From an uncultured candidate division Zixibacteria bacterium (lineage in GTDB: Bacteria; Zixibacteria; MSB-5A5; GN15; PGXB01): a stretch of 64,000 nt of DNA. The translations under genes were made by a program, and so were the position numbers. The stretch is from NCBI GenBank assembly GCA_963702205.1, contig OY969724.1, positions 1,408,001 to 1,472,000 of the forward strand. Reading direction: 5' to 3'. Position 1 is the first letter of the stretch; every line of letters starts with the position of its first letter. Shown in pieces: positions 54,510 to 64,000 of this stretch. The notes beneath the pieces are model-generated. The model was given only the letters and a program-made list of their open reading frames with translations. It did not search any database and was not told where the DNA came from.

Positions 54510-54671
54510 TAATGCAACTCCTTACTTAATCGAAGCGAGCAAATATATCATAATACGAATACGCCGTCAACAGCGTTGAATGCCGTATTTTTGTTTGCTT
54601 ATGATATAAAAAGTGATTTGATTTCCTGTGGTGACAAGTACCGACAGGCCCTTTAAAGAAAGGATCTACCA

Positions 54672-55136
54672 ATGCCCCGAGCGCCGTTTCAGGTTCTGGT
54701 TTTGCCGTTTCGGGAGTCCGACGACGGTTCCATCGAATACGCCCTGTTCCATCGTAAGGATATGGATATCTGGCAGGGGATAGCCGGGGGAGGAGAGGGC
54801 GAAGAAACGCCGCTCGATGCTGCCCGGCGCGAAGCGTTCGAGGAAGCCGGAATCAATCCCGGGGCGTCGATTTATTCGCTCAAGACGCTGGCATCGGTGC
54901 CGGTCTATCATTTCGCCGAAGCGGTCAACTGGTCGGACGAGCTGTATGTCATCCCCGAAGTCTGCTTCGCGATCGACGTCGGCGAGCACGAACTAAAAAT
55001 ATCCGGTGAACACACGGATTTCAAATGGGTGTCGTTCGAGGAAGCGATGGAGATGCTTCGCTGGGAGAGCAACCAGACCGCGCTGTGGGAACTCAACGAG
55101 CGAATATTGAACGATCACTTGGTGGAAATTATATAA
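54672..55136 (+). CDS. NUDIX hydrolase (NudB-like)
   Basis: WQGIAGG.E.EE...AARREA.EEAG, SGEH..F.W. Confidence 0.9.
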   Translation: MPRAPFQVLVLPFRESDDGSIEYALFHRKDMDIWQGIAGGGEGEETPLDAARREAFEEAGINPGASIYSLKTLASVPVYHFAEAVNWSDELYVIPEVCFAIDVGEHELKISGEHTDFKWVSFEEAMEMLRWESNQTALWELNERILNDHLVEII

Positions 55137-55159
55137 ACCTGACTGTGGGAGGTCGAGCC

Positions 55160-55723
55160 GTGAAAAAGTATATGATTCTTCTCGCGCTGGGGGCGGTCTT
55201 TATGTTGACCGGGTGCATACCCTGCTCCATAAATCAGTTTTATTCCGAAGACAATCTGACGTTCGATCCGAACATAATTGGATCGTGGGGCGAAAATGAC
55301 ACCGAGACGACTTTTATCGAGCAGGTCGATTCGTTCACGTACCGCATCAGTCTCGAAGACGAAACCGGCCGGGCAGCGTTCGAGGGGCATTTGTTCAAGA
55401 TTAACGGCGTCCTGTTTCTGGATCTGTTCCCCGATGCCGATGAACTCCAGATGAATGAAACGTACAAAGAGCACTTGATACCGGTGCATTCGGTATACCG
55501 GGTTATAAAGACCGAGCCGGACCTTGTGATTGACACCTATGACTATGGCTGGCTGGTGGATACGATGGAAAAGCAACCGCCACCGCTGGATTTTATCGAA
55601 ACGAACGGACGCATGTTTTTCACGTCGCCGACCGAGAAGCTTCAGGAGTTTATCGCGAACAATCTCGATACGCAGGGGGCGTTTCTCGGCGATCCGATGG
55701 TTCTGCACCGGATAAGGCCGTGA
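55160..55723 (+). CDS. Hypothetical lipoprotein
   Basis: GGAGG RBS, GTG start, lipobox LTGC. Confidence 0.75.
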   Translation: MKKYMILLALGAVFMLTGCIPCSINQFYSEDNLTFDPNIIGSWGENDTETTFIEQVDSFTYRISLEDETGRAAFEGHLFKINGVLFLDLFPDADELQMNETYKEHLIPVHSVYRVIKTEPDLVIDTYDYGWLVDTMEKQPPPLDFIETNGRMFFTSPTEKLQEFIANNLDTQGAFLGDPMVLHRIRP

Positions 55724-55741
55724 TGTCGGGATAAAGATTGA

Positions 55742-55839
55742 GTTGTGTCAGGTCCTGCCCATTCTTATGGGTGTGACCTGACACAATTGAAGACCGTCAG
55801 GTCTCATCCCGATTACATCGGGAAATGACCTGACGGAAC
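55742..55839. repeat. REPIN-like doublet (GTCAGGTC/GACCTGAC family)
   Basis: Two inverted hairpins; first unit nearly identical to that at 56986. Confidence 0.75.
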
Positions 55840-55845
55840 ATTATT

Positions 55846-55934
55846 AGAAGCTTCAGGAATTTCTTGCGGCCAATCTCGATACACAAGGTGCGTTTCTCGG
55901 CGATCCGATCGTTTTGCACCGGATAAAGCGTTGA
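55846..55934 (+). pseudogene. Diverged duplicate of the lipoprotein gene 3' end
   Basis: 89-nt ungapped match to 55635-55723 with 13 mismatches, ending in TGA. Confidence 0.85.
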
Positions 55935-55947
55935 CGCGCGGCGAGTT

Positions 55948-56505
55948 TTAATCTCTCGTTCCGAATTTCAGCCAGTCGGACATGACGTTCCAATTCGATT
56001 CGTTAGGCGGCTTGGCGCAGAGATGGTCGGAGATATTGAGTTGTATTTTCCACGGTTTACTTTTTAAGGATTCCACTATAGCTGACGCCGGAAAAACGCT
56101 GTCGTCATAGCGCTTGTACGATAGTTTGTTCAGATCAAAAACGAGAGCTGTCTTTTCACCGGGTTCAAGCCTGACCGTGGTTTGAAGGGCGTTTTCAATA
56201 CTGCACCATCCGAAAAATCCTCCCTCGACAATCAGGTTAAACACCGGATTGCTGCCTTCAATGACATCGTCGGAGCGATTGGAGATCGTGGCCGCGACCG
56301 AATCCGGAAATGCCAGCGAATCGTTGCCGAAGGCAAAAAGCTCTATGTCCCAGGCTTGTCGCCACGCGCCGTAGGGTTGCGAACAAAGAGCGATAGCGGC
56401 TGAATCAAATTGTGAGTCCGAATCGTTGGCTAAGGTTGATATTGAACCGATCAATACGACCGCGAATCCAAGTGCGAGAGCGCTTAAATTGAAATTGTTT
56501 TGCAT
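55948..56505 (-). CDS. Hypothetical exported protein
   Basis: ORF with a hydrophobic N-terminal segment; no recognised family. Confidence 0.6.
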   Translation of the reverse strand: MQNNFNLSALALGFAVVLIGSISTLANDSDSQFDSAAIALCSQPYGAWRQAWDIELFAFGNDSLAFPDSVAATISNRSDDVIEGSNPVFNLIVEGGFFGWCSIENALQTTVRLEPGEKTALVFDLNKLSYKRYDDSVFPASAIVESLKSKPWKIQLNISDHLCAKPPNESNWNVMSDWLKFGTRD

Positions 56506-56617
56506 GCCTGTTTTACAATTTTGCGAATTTATGGTTCTTGCGTGCATCAGAAAAGTTTATAAAAGTCAAGCCTCAAAGGAGGCTTGCTACAATCTCTGGG
56601 GTTGTATGTGCTCAAAT

Positions 56618-56663
56618 TGTCGGGTTTCTCATTTCGCTACGCTTCATTCGGAACCCGACCTAC
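56618..56663 (-). repeat. GTAGGTCGGG-family REP
   Basis: TGTCGGGTTTC...GGAACCCGACCTAC. Confidence 0.75.
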
Positions 56664-56732
56664 TTAACTTGCAAAGCCAGCGGCAAGTATCGCAAGCATA
56701 ATGATTGTTAATAGTGTCCAATAGTTTTTCAT
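56664..56732 (-). pseudogene. Signal-peptide-only ORF abutting a REP
   Basis: GGGAGG RBS, MKNYWTLLTIIMLAILAAGFAS-stop, followed directly by GTAG. Confidence 0.55.
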
Positions 56733-56985
56733 GACCCTCCCTTTGCGATGATAGACAATGTCAGTCTATTAATGCCTGTAACCTTAAATACTTTATTGGC
56801 TTACGGCAAAATGGGTTCGAATTACAAAATTTTAAATTTTCAGTCGCCCCGTTCTGCGTGCCTGATATTTTGTCTTCCCGATTTTGCATGACCCCCATCG
56901 CATAAAATAAATTACACATACCGATAGCCTATAATAATATGGACTCGCAAATTTACCAATGGTTTTGTGGGGGGGATGATTTCAA

Positions 56986-57077
56986 GTTGTGTCAGGTCTT
57001 GCCCATTCTTATGGGTGTGACCTGACACATTAAAGAACCGTCAGGTCACACGCCTTCGGCGCAGGACCCGACGGAGC
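56986..57077. repeat. REPIN-like doublet
   Basis: Same family and arrangement as 55742-55839. Confidence 0.75.
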
Positions 57078-57110
57078 ATCAATTTTATTGGTAAAGACGA
57101 ATTAACAAAC

Positions 57111-58521
57111 CTACGATCTATGGCCGCCGGCGCGGAGTTCTTTGAAGTACTTGCGTGTCAGCGCCGCCACCACGCCCGAAAGACCGATCACCGCCACCAG
57201 GTTCGGCACCGCCATGAAAGCATTGAGCACGTCGGCGACCGCCCAGACAATATCGATAATAAGTACAGAACCGAGCGGGATGAACAGTAAAAAGAACCAG
57301 CGATAGTAAATGACCCGCTTGCGGTCGAAAATATATTCGAACCCTTTTTCACCGTAGTACGACCAGCTGATTATAGTCGAATAGGCGAACAGGACCAGCC
57401 CGACCGAAACCATATTTGCACCCCACGACGGTATAATCGACTCGAACGCCGCCGCCGTCAGGGGAGTGCCGTTGAGCGGAAGGCCGTCGGGTCCGAGCTG
57501 CATCCACTGGCCCGAGACGATAATCACCAGCCCGGTCATGCTGCAGATGACAATCGTATCGATAAAGGGACCGATCATCGCTACTAACCCCTCGCGCACC
57601 GGTTCGTTGACTTTGGCTGCGGCGTGGGCCATCGGGGCCGATCCGAGGCCGGATTCGTTGGAGAACAGACCGCGCCGGGCACCCTGCTGGAGCGTGATCC
57701 ACACGGTCGACCCGGCAAATCCTCCGGCAGCGCCGGCAGGAGTGAACGCCCGCTCGAATATCAGTCCGAGAGCCGGAAGAATGTGATCGTACGATAAAGC
57801 CAGTACCGATGATAGCGGTCAGAACGTATATGGCCGACATGAGCGGCACCAGCTTACTGGCGACCTGGCCAATACGCTTGATGCCGCCGATAATGACCAG
57901 CCCGACCAGCACCGCCATCACCAGACCGATGCCGAGCCGTAAATATATTTCATTGGCCGTGCCTTTGGCTCCGAACAGGGTCGCGAGTCCGTCGGCGACC
58001 GAATTGGCCTGCACCATGTTGCCGATTCCGAGAGCCGTGACGGCCGTACATCCGGCAAACACCGCCGCCAGCCATTTCCAGTTCTTGCCCAGACCCAGTT
58101 CGATAAAATACATCGGCCCGCCCCGGACGTAACCGTCGGGGTCGATCTTGCGGTACATCACCGCCAGCGTGCACGAAGTATATTTTATGGCCATACCGAA
58201 TACGGCCGTGACCCACATCCAGAACATCGCACCCGGCCCGCCGACGGCGATGGCGGTCGCCACCCCGGTGATGTTGCCGGTGCCGATTGTGGCCGACAGT
58301 GCCGCCGACAGCGCCTGAAAATGGGTAATAGCGCCTTCGAATTCGGGTTTATCGTATTTTCCTGAGACGAGTTCGAAGCTGTGTTTGAAGCCGCGAAACT
58401 GGACGAAAACATGGCGAAGCGTGACCAGAATTCCGGTGCCGAACAAAATGGCGACAAGGGGAACGCCCCAGACAAAATCCTGAATCGGCGAAATGATATT
58501 CAGAAGTTGCTCCATTTGCAT
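57111..58521 (-). pseudogene. Alanine/glycine:cation symporter (AlsT family) with a single-base frameshift
   Basis: TIGTGNI.GV, GGPM, RGLFSNESG.GS, FIDTIVICS; extra base at 57806-57807. Confidence 0.85.
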
Positions 58522-58533
58522 TTAGTTAATATT

Positions 58534-58854
58534 ATGAATCAACTAACGCAACAAAAAAGTGCCGTTATGGAAAGTGACGATTTACGAAGATTTTTTGCGG
58601 AGCTTCTGCGCGACCACGGGTATATCCCGACGTCGGCTATGCAGACGATGGGCAAACTTATCAAGTTGACCGTGGAATTTCGCGACCGGTGGGTTCTTGA
58701 GCACGGGGAGACTCTGACGGTCGGGGAAACCCGGGCCGCTATTGAAATATACCTGAAAATCCTCAAGACGGACCGCTACCCGGAGAAGATCGAGCCCAAA
58801 CTCGACGGTTTAATCCGGTTGTGGTTGAAAGAGATCAACGGGAAGGCTTATTGA
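58534..58854 (+). CDS. Hypothetical protein
   Basis: ORF directly upstream of pcm; start could also be 58567. Confidence 0.6.
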   Translation: MNQLTQQKSAVMESDDLRRFFAELLRDHGYIPTSAMQTMGKLIKLTVEFRDRWVLEHGETLTVGETRAAIEIYLKILKTDRYPEKIEPKLDGLIRLWLKEINGKAY

Positions 58855-58874
58855 TCGTGATGGGAGGAGTGGCT

Positions 58875-59615
58875 ATGTCAAACGATTTTAATCTGTTGTC
58901 AAAGAGGGCGGTATTATATTTTATGGGTATGATTTTCCTGTTTTCATGTTCCGGACAAAGCGAGACCGATTCATCGAAGGAAGAACAATATGCGGCGCGA
59001 AGACAAACCATGGTCGATATGCAGCTGGCCCGCCGTGACGTCACCGACCGCGACGTGCTCGACGCGATGCGGACGGTGCCGCGCCACCTGTTTGTGCCGG
59101 AGAAATACCGCGAGGAAGCCTACCGGGATCATCCGGTACCGATAGGCGAGGGCCAGACCATCTCGCAGCCGTATATTGTCGGGATCATGACGCAGCTTCT
59201 GGATATAAATTCGACTTCGAAAGTTCTTGAAATCGGCACCGGGTCCGGCTATCAGGCGGCGGTTCTGGCCGAGATTTGTGATTCGGTCTTTTCCATGGAA
59301 ATTATCGAGCCGCTGGCGAAGCGCGCCCAATTCCTGCTCGATTCGGTGGGGTATAAGGTCGACGTGCGCTTCGGCGACGGTTACAAAGGCTGGGATGAAC
59401 ATGCGCCGTACGACGGCATAGTCGTCACGGCGGCGGCTCCGAAAGTGCCGCAGCCGTTGATTGACCAGCTTAAAATTGGCGGACGGTTGGTTATACCCGT
59501 GGGCGATTTCAGTCAGGATTTGATGGTCATTACCAAAACCGAGGACGGGATTGCCAAAAAGAGCGTATTCCCGGTGCGGTTTGTGCCTATGACCGGCGAG
59601 GTTCAGAAGAAATGA
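58875..59615 (+). CDS. pcm: Protein-L-isoaspartate O-methyltransferase with lipoprotein-like N-terminus
   Basis: VPRHLFV, GQTISQP, LEIGTGSGYQ, V.FVPM; N-terminal LFSC. Confidence 0.93.
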   Translation: MSNDFNLLSKRAVLYFMGMIFLFSCSGQSETDSSKEEQYAARRQTMVDMQLARRDVTDRDVLDAMRTVPRHLFVPEKYREEAYRDHPVPIGEGQTISQPYIVGIMTQLLDINSTSKVLEIGTGSGYQAAVLAEICDSVFSMEIIEPLAKRAQFLLDSVGYKVDVRFGDGYKGWDEHAPYDGIVVTAAAPKVPQPLIDQLKIGGRLVIPVGDFSQDLMVITKTEDGIAKKSVFPVRFVPMTGEVQKK

Positions 59616-59743
59616 GGAACATATGGCGGCCCGGATCATTTAAGCATATTGACTTATAAAGGCAACAAGCATAGTTTTGTGGTGAGAAAGCAGAATGTGT
59701 TTAATGAATTATCGGATAGATGAAAATCTGGTATACAATTCAA

Positions 59744-59842
59744 TGTCGGGTTTCTCTCCCGACTTCGTCGGGATCGGAACCCGACCTACTGGCGCTTCGC
59801 TCGCAACCCGACCTACTGGAGCTTCGCTCGGAACTCTACCTA
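59744..59842 (-). repeat. REP plus two 27-bp tandem partial copies
   Basis: AACCCGACCTAC recurs at a 27-nt period, degenerate in the last copy. Confidence 0.75.
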
Positions 59843-59892
59843 ATTCAATAAATTTGGATAATCATGGAGTAATATAAACAAGGAGTTTCAAT

Positions 59893-60816
59893 ATGCCTTT
59901 GGTTTCACTGATTGATATGTACAAACCGGCCAATGAAAAGCACTATGCCATCGGCCAGTTCAATGTCAATAACATGGAATTCGTCCAGTCGGCGCTGGAA
60001 GCCGCCGCAGAACTCAAATCGCCGGTGATCCTGGCCGCGTCGACGTCGGCTTTGAAGTACGGCAGTTTCAATTACCTGGTCGATATCGTCAAGACCGGGG
60101 CGGCGATGGTATCGGTGCCGGTCACGTTGCACCTCGACCACGGCGAAAAAATAGAGGACGCCGAGAAGTGCATCAACGCCGGGTTCACGTCGGTTATGAT
60201 CGACGCCTCCAAGGAGTCGTTCGAGGAAAATATCCGCATCACGCAGGAAGTGATTAAAATGGCGCATCCGAAACATATCGCGGTCGAAGCCGAACTGGGT
60301 CGGCTGGGCGGTATCGAGGATGACGTCAATGTCAGCGAGCGCGATGCCTTTCTAACCGATCCCAGGCAGGCCGAGGAATTTGTCGCCAAAACCAAATGCG
60401 ATGCTCTGGCAGTGGCGGTAGGCACTTCACATGGTGCATACAAATTCAAAGGCGAAGCCAAGCTGGCGATGGATCGCATTGAGATCATCAAGAAAAAGGT
60501 CGGGATACCGTTGGTGCTTCACGGAGCCAGCGGGGTCAATCCGGAGACAGTCGCCAAGGCCGAAAAGTATGGAGCCAAACTGCCCGGCGCCAAAGGCGTC
60601 CCCGATGAAGCGTATATCGAGGCGATCAAGCTCGGCATAAACAAAATCAATATCGATACCGATTTGCGGCTCACCTGGCTGGCGGCGGTGCGGGAAGTGC
60701 TGAACACTAAACCGGAAGTTTTCGACCCGCGCAAAATTCTCGGCCCTGCCCGCGATGCCGTCAGGGAAGTGGTTAAAAACAAAATGAAATTGATCGGGTC
60801 GGTCAATCAGGCGTAA
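59893..60816 (+). CDS. fba: Class II fructose-1,6-bisphosphate aldolase
   Basis: HLDHG, VEAELG, GTSHGAYK, LVLHGAS, KINIDTD. Confidence 0.96.
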   Translation: MPLVSLIDMYKPANEKHYAIGQFNVNNMEFVQSALEAAAELKSPVILAASTSALKYGSFNYLVDIVKTGAAMVSVPVTLHLDHGEKIEDAEKCINAGFTSVMIDASKESFEENIRITQEVIKMAHPKHIAVEAELGRLGGIEDDVNVSERDAFLTDPRQAEEFVAKTKCDALAVAVGTSHGAYKFKGEAKLAMDRIEIIKKKVGIPLVLHGASGVNPETVAKAEKYGAKLPGAKGVPDEAYIEAIKLGINKINIDTDLRLTWLAAVREVLNTKPEVFDPRKILGPARDAVREVVKNKMKLIGSVNQA

Positions 60817-60848
60817 TTTCGGCTTTGGGTTACAATAGTTTCAGCTAA

Positions 60849-60884
60849 ATAAAAAAAGCCCCGCTTCAACGGGGCTTTCTTATT
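60849..60884. terminator. Terminator, copy 1
   Basis: AAAAAAAGCCCCGCTTCAACGGGGCTTT. Confidence 0.8.
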
Positions 60885-60916
60885 CGTGCATATCATCCAA
60901 TAAAAGCTTGAAACTC

Positions 60917-61040
60917 GTTCTGTCAGGTCCTGCGTCCCGATTCATCGGGACGTGAGACCTGACAGTCTTACAACCAAGTGAAGCTAAAGGGTCCGTCAGG
61001 TGCCAATCCGGACTCCGTGGGGATCAGCACCTGCCGGAAC
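60917..61040. repeat. REPIN-like doublet
   Basis: GTTCTGTCAGGT...ACCTGACAG and CCGTCAGGTG...CACCTGCCGGAAC. Confidence 0.7.
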
Positions 61041-61075
61041 ATATTTAACGCACTCTTTGATTATTTTCATTTTGG

Positions 61076-61110
61076 ATAAAAAAAGCCCCGCTTCTACGGG
61101 GCTTTTCTAT
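61076..61110. terminator. Terminator, copy 2
   Basis: AAAAAAAGCCCCGCTTCTACGGGGCTTT. Confidence 0.8.
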
Positions 61111-61126
61111 TTGGGATATTCGATTA

Positions 61127-63301
61127 CTATAAAAGTTTTATGGCGCTTGTGGCTGACTTGCTTAAATCATCGTTTAAGCCCAGATCGATTGCCTTGGTAA
61201 GGTATTTGCGAGCCTGATCCTTCTTTTTGGCATTGATATAATTCATCCCGGCGTAATAGTACAGCTCGGCATTGTCGGGGCTGGCTTGCAGGGCCCGGTC
61301 GAATGACGCGGTCGCGCCCCCGTAATCCTTCATGGCGTTCTGAGCCCGTCCGAGAAGCCCCAAATATACGGGGTTCTTCGGTTGGACTTCAACCGCCCTG
61401 ATGGCATAATTCTGCGCCTGCTGGAGGTTTTCGCCCTTGCTCAAGTTAATCAACGCCAGCTTGTAAAGCGCTTCCGAAACGAACTCATTGTATTTCAGGA
61501 GACGCCTATAAATGGCGGTCGACGAATCGGGCATATTTTCGCTTTCGAACAAACCGGCTTTCACCAATTGCGCCTTGACGTTCATCGAATCGAGGGCAAG
61601 AGCGTCGGCCGCTGCTTTTTTGGCATCGTCAGCTTTGTTTTCGGTACTATAATACTCGGCCACGTCGGCGTGCGCTTCGGGATTGTCCGGATTATTGGCC
61701 AGTTCTTTATCGAATATTTCTTTGACCACGTCCGGTTTGCCATTGGCTTTGGCAGCCTTCGCGGCGAAGCGGTAGCGTTCGGTGGCACCGGGTCCGTCGT
61801 CGATAAGTGTTTGTGCGAAAGCAAGAGCGTCATCATAGCGACCGAGGGCCATCAGGTAATTGAATTTTTTGAGGGCGACCGGGCGATATAATGATATCGC
61901 CGGGTTTTGACCGGACAGAAATTGCAGCGCCTTCTCGGGGCTTTTCATTCGATCGAAAATGTCCAGCATACCCATAATGGCGCCATACTGGAATTTGTCG
62001 GTTTCAAGCACCGTCTCATAATGCCCTTTAGCGCGGTCGAGTGAATCCAGGCGTCGGAAAATATCAGCCGCATCCAGTTGAGCCACGGCATTATCGCTCG
62101 CGAATTTCTCGAAGCCGTTCAGCATCGTCGCGGCATTCGCTTCGTCGGCCATAAAGCCGTAGTACAATGTAGCCACTCGCATGGCCCGATAATCTTCCGG
62201 CGGATCGTCGAGGATTTCTTTTATCAAAGCCGAGGCACTGACACCGTTGCCGGCATTGAATTCCTGCTCGGCGCGGTCCATATCGAACGCGACCATATCA
62301 ATATTGCTGTACTTCTGAGAACTCGCCAGAGCCATCGCCTGATCGTAATGAGCCGAGGCTATCTCATCCTGACGAAGCTTGATACGCAAGTGAGCCAGGT
62401 CGACCAGCGCGGTGGGTACGCCCGCGAAAAGGCGATAGGAATCGATATAAAACATAAAAGCGCTGAACGGCTTGCCCATTTCTTCATACATCATCTTGGC
62501 CGCCCGGAACTTACGATAGGACGGGGATTTGAACCCGGCCAGATCGTCGATCATGCGGCGGGCGTCATCGAAGTAACCGATTTCCGAAAAACCATCGGCC
62601 GCTCCGGCCTTAATGTAATAATTCTTGTTGCCTTTTTCCACAGCCTGACGGTAAAAGGCCGCCGAGGAATCGGCCAGGCCGAGTCGGGCATATAACCCGC
62701 CGACGCTTAAAAGAAGGCTGTCGCTGGTTTTTGAATCGAGGGCCTTATGACAGAACACGCGCGCCGAATCGGGAAAGCCCTTGTTCAGATAATATTCGGC
62801 CTGCATCATCAGGAGGTCGGGATTACCGGAATTATGATCGAGGGCATTATTTATGGCGCTTAAGGCGTCGTCGTTTTTCCCTGAAGCCAGCATGACCAGA
62901 GCATAGGTCGACGCGGCCCCGGGATCGAAGGCATCAAGTTTGAAAGCCCGGTCGGCTGTCGCCCAGGCCACCTGAGGGCGGTCCTGTTTCAGGGCCAGCC
63001 GCGAAAAAGCGGTCAAGGCCGGAATATAGTCGGCCGTATCCTTGAGAATCGTCTGATAGGTGTGCGCGGCGTCAATATCATAGCCCTCGCATTCCTGATA
63101 GGCGGCCAGTCCCATTTTACCCCAGAAAGAATCGGGCGAATCCTTTTCCAGTTTGGTGAAAGTCCCGGAAGCCGCTTTCGGATCACCCGCGCGCAGCTGG
63201 GCCAGCCCCTTTTTGTAGGCGCTCGGGCCGGGGCCGGACTGCGAGCAACCAACGACAATCACGCCCAAAAAAGTCACAAGTGCAATAGTATAGCGTTTCA
63301 T
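61127..63301 (-). CDS. Tetratricopeptide-repeat lipoprotein
   Basis: Lipobox VVGC; many A...Y..AL...P.N TPR units. Confidence 0.85.
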   Translation of the reverse strand: MKRYTIALVTFLGVIVVGCSQSGPGPSAYKKGLAQLRAGDPKAASGTFTKLEKDSPDSFWGKMGLAAYQECEGYDIDAAHTYQTILKDTADYIPALTAFSRLALKQDRPQVAWATADRAFKLDAFDPGAASTYALVMLASGKNDDALSAINNALDHNSGNPDLLMMQAEYYLNKGFPDSARVFCHKALDSKTSDSLLLSVGGLYARLGLADSSAAFYRQAVEKGNKNYYIKAGAADGFSEIGYFDDARRMIDDLAGFKSPSYRKFRAAKMMYEEMGKPFSAFMFYIDSYRLFAGVPTALVDLAHLRIKLRQDEIASAHYDQAMALASSQKYSNIDMVAFDMDRAEQEFNAGNGVSASALIKEILDDPPEDYRAMRVATLYYGFMADEANAATMLNGFEKFASDNAVAQLDAADIFRRLDSLDRAKGHYETVLETDKFQYGAIMGMLDIFDRMKSPEKALQFLSGQNPAISLYRPVALKKFNYLMALGRYDDALAFAQTLIDDGPGATERYRFAAKAAKANGKPDVVKEIFDKELANNPDNPEAHADVAEYYSTENKADDAKKAAADALALDSMNVKAQLVKAGLFESENMPDSSTAIYRRLLKYNEFVSEALYKLALINLSKGENLQQAQNYAIRAVEVQPKNPVYLGLLGRAQNAMKDYGGATASFDRALQASPDNAELYYYAGMNYINAKKKDQARKYLTKAIDLGLNDDLSKSATSAIKLL

Positions 63302-63438
63302 AGGTTATCCTTAAATTCACGAATTTTATGGTTTCATGGCTTTCAATAATAAAATAATCAACCCGGTTTAGCAAATATTATGCTTAAATCGCAATTTTAA
63401 ATTTGGATTTTTGCATTATTCTTGCATATTATACTTAT

Positions 63439-64000
63439 ATGAAGACCAGTCAGCTTAGTTCGGTTGACCTCGTTAAGAAATACCGCAAGCGGGCTGTCGT
63501 CAATGGTGTATCCATAGAAGTCAACCCGGGCGAGGTGGTCGGTCTTTTGGGGCCTAATGGGGCCGGCAAAACAACCACGTTTTACATGATTATAGGCTTT
63601 ATCCGCCCCAATTCCGGAAATGTCTTTATCGGAGAGAAAAAAATTACGGGGCTGCCGATGTATCGTCGGGCCCGCATGGGTATTGGCTATCTGGCCCAGG
63701 AGACATCGGTTTTTCGCAAGATGACCGTGGAGCAGAACCTGATGGCGATACTTCAGATGCAGTCGATGCCTCGCAAGGCACGCAAAGAAAAACTGGAGCA
63801 GCTTCTTAACGACCTGGATATCAAACACTTACGGAAACAGAAGGCATATTCTCTGTCCGGTGGAGAGAGACGACGGGTCGAAATATCGCGCGCGCTCACG
63901 GCCGATCCGAGCTATATCCTGCTGGATGAGCCGTTTGCCGGGATCGATCCGATCGCGGTTGAAGACATCCAGGGTATCATCGCGGGGTTGACCAAACAGG
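63439..64000 (+). CDS. lptB: LPS export ABC transporter ATP-binding protein (3' end outside window)
   Basis: [51 protein letters not shown]. Confidence 0.96.
   Translation, partial: MKTSQLSSVDLVKKYRKRAVVNGVSIEVNPGEVVGLLGPNGAGKTTTFYMIIGFIRPNSGNVFIGEKKITGLPMYRRARMGIGYLAQETSVFRKMTVEQNLMAILQMQSMPRKARKEKLEQLLNDLDIKHLRKQKAYSLSGGERRRVEISRALTADPSYILLDEPFAGIDPIAVEDIQGIIAGLTKQ

Noticed and set aside
55635..55934. Diversity-generating retroelement VR/TR pair
   Set aside because: Mismatches are not confined to adenines of either copy (G/T, C/T, G/C present) and there is no reverse transcriptase in the window.
55742..57077. Integron attC sites
   Set aside because: The hairpins lack the RYYYAAC...GTTRRRY arrangement and no integron integrase is present.
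57795..57815. Programmed ribosomal frameshift
   Set aside because: No slippery heptamer or evident stimulatory structure.
59744..59842. CRISPR array
   Set aside because: 27-bp period, no unique spacers, REP-derived, no cas genes.

Overview
Bacterial chromosomal window, probably Gram-negative. Several secreted proteins with dockerin-like modules suggest a Zixibacteria-like lineage (inference). The backbone is housekeeping: recA end, parvulin/surA, pcrA, lon-engB, purA, eno, uvrA, rpmG, gyrA, pntAA/AB/B, pcm, fba and the lptB start. Accessory content includes a decaying AT-rich cassette (beta-propeller lipoprotein plus S8 protease-dockerin) bounded by a duplicated terminator, and an AT-rich islet where IS256 (8-bp TSD) splits an Mrr-like nuclease/CFI-box gene. 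There are also two copies of a 153-bp MITE inserted in hairpins and many REP/REPIN-like palindromes. The main unannotated signals are: (1) four sigma28-type promoters, one in front of a chlamydial Hc2-like histone gene; (2) a sigma54-type promoter driving a probable ~135-nt sRNA; (3) recurrent duplicated anchors and gene remnants next to REP elements, suggesting REP-associated cassette turnover. All calls come from reading the sequence; no searches were run.
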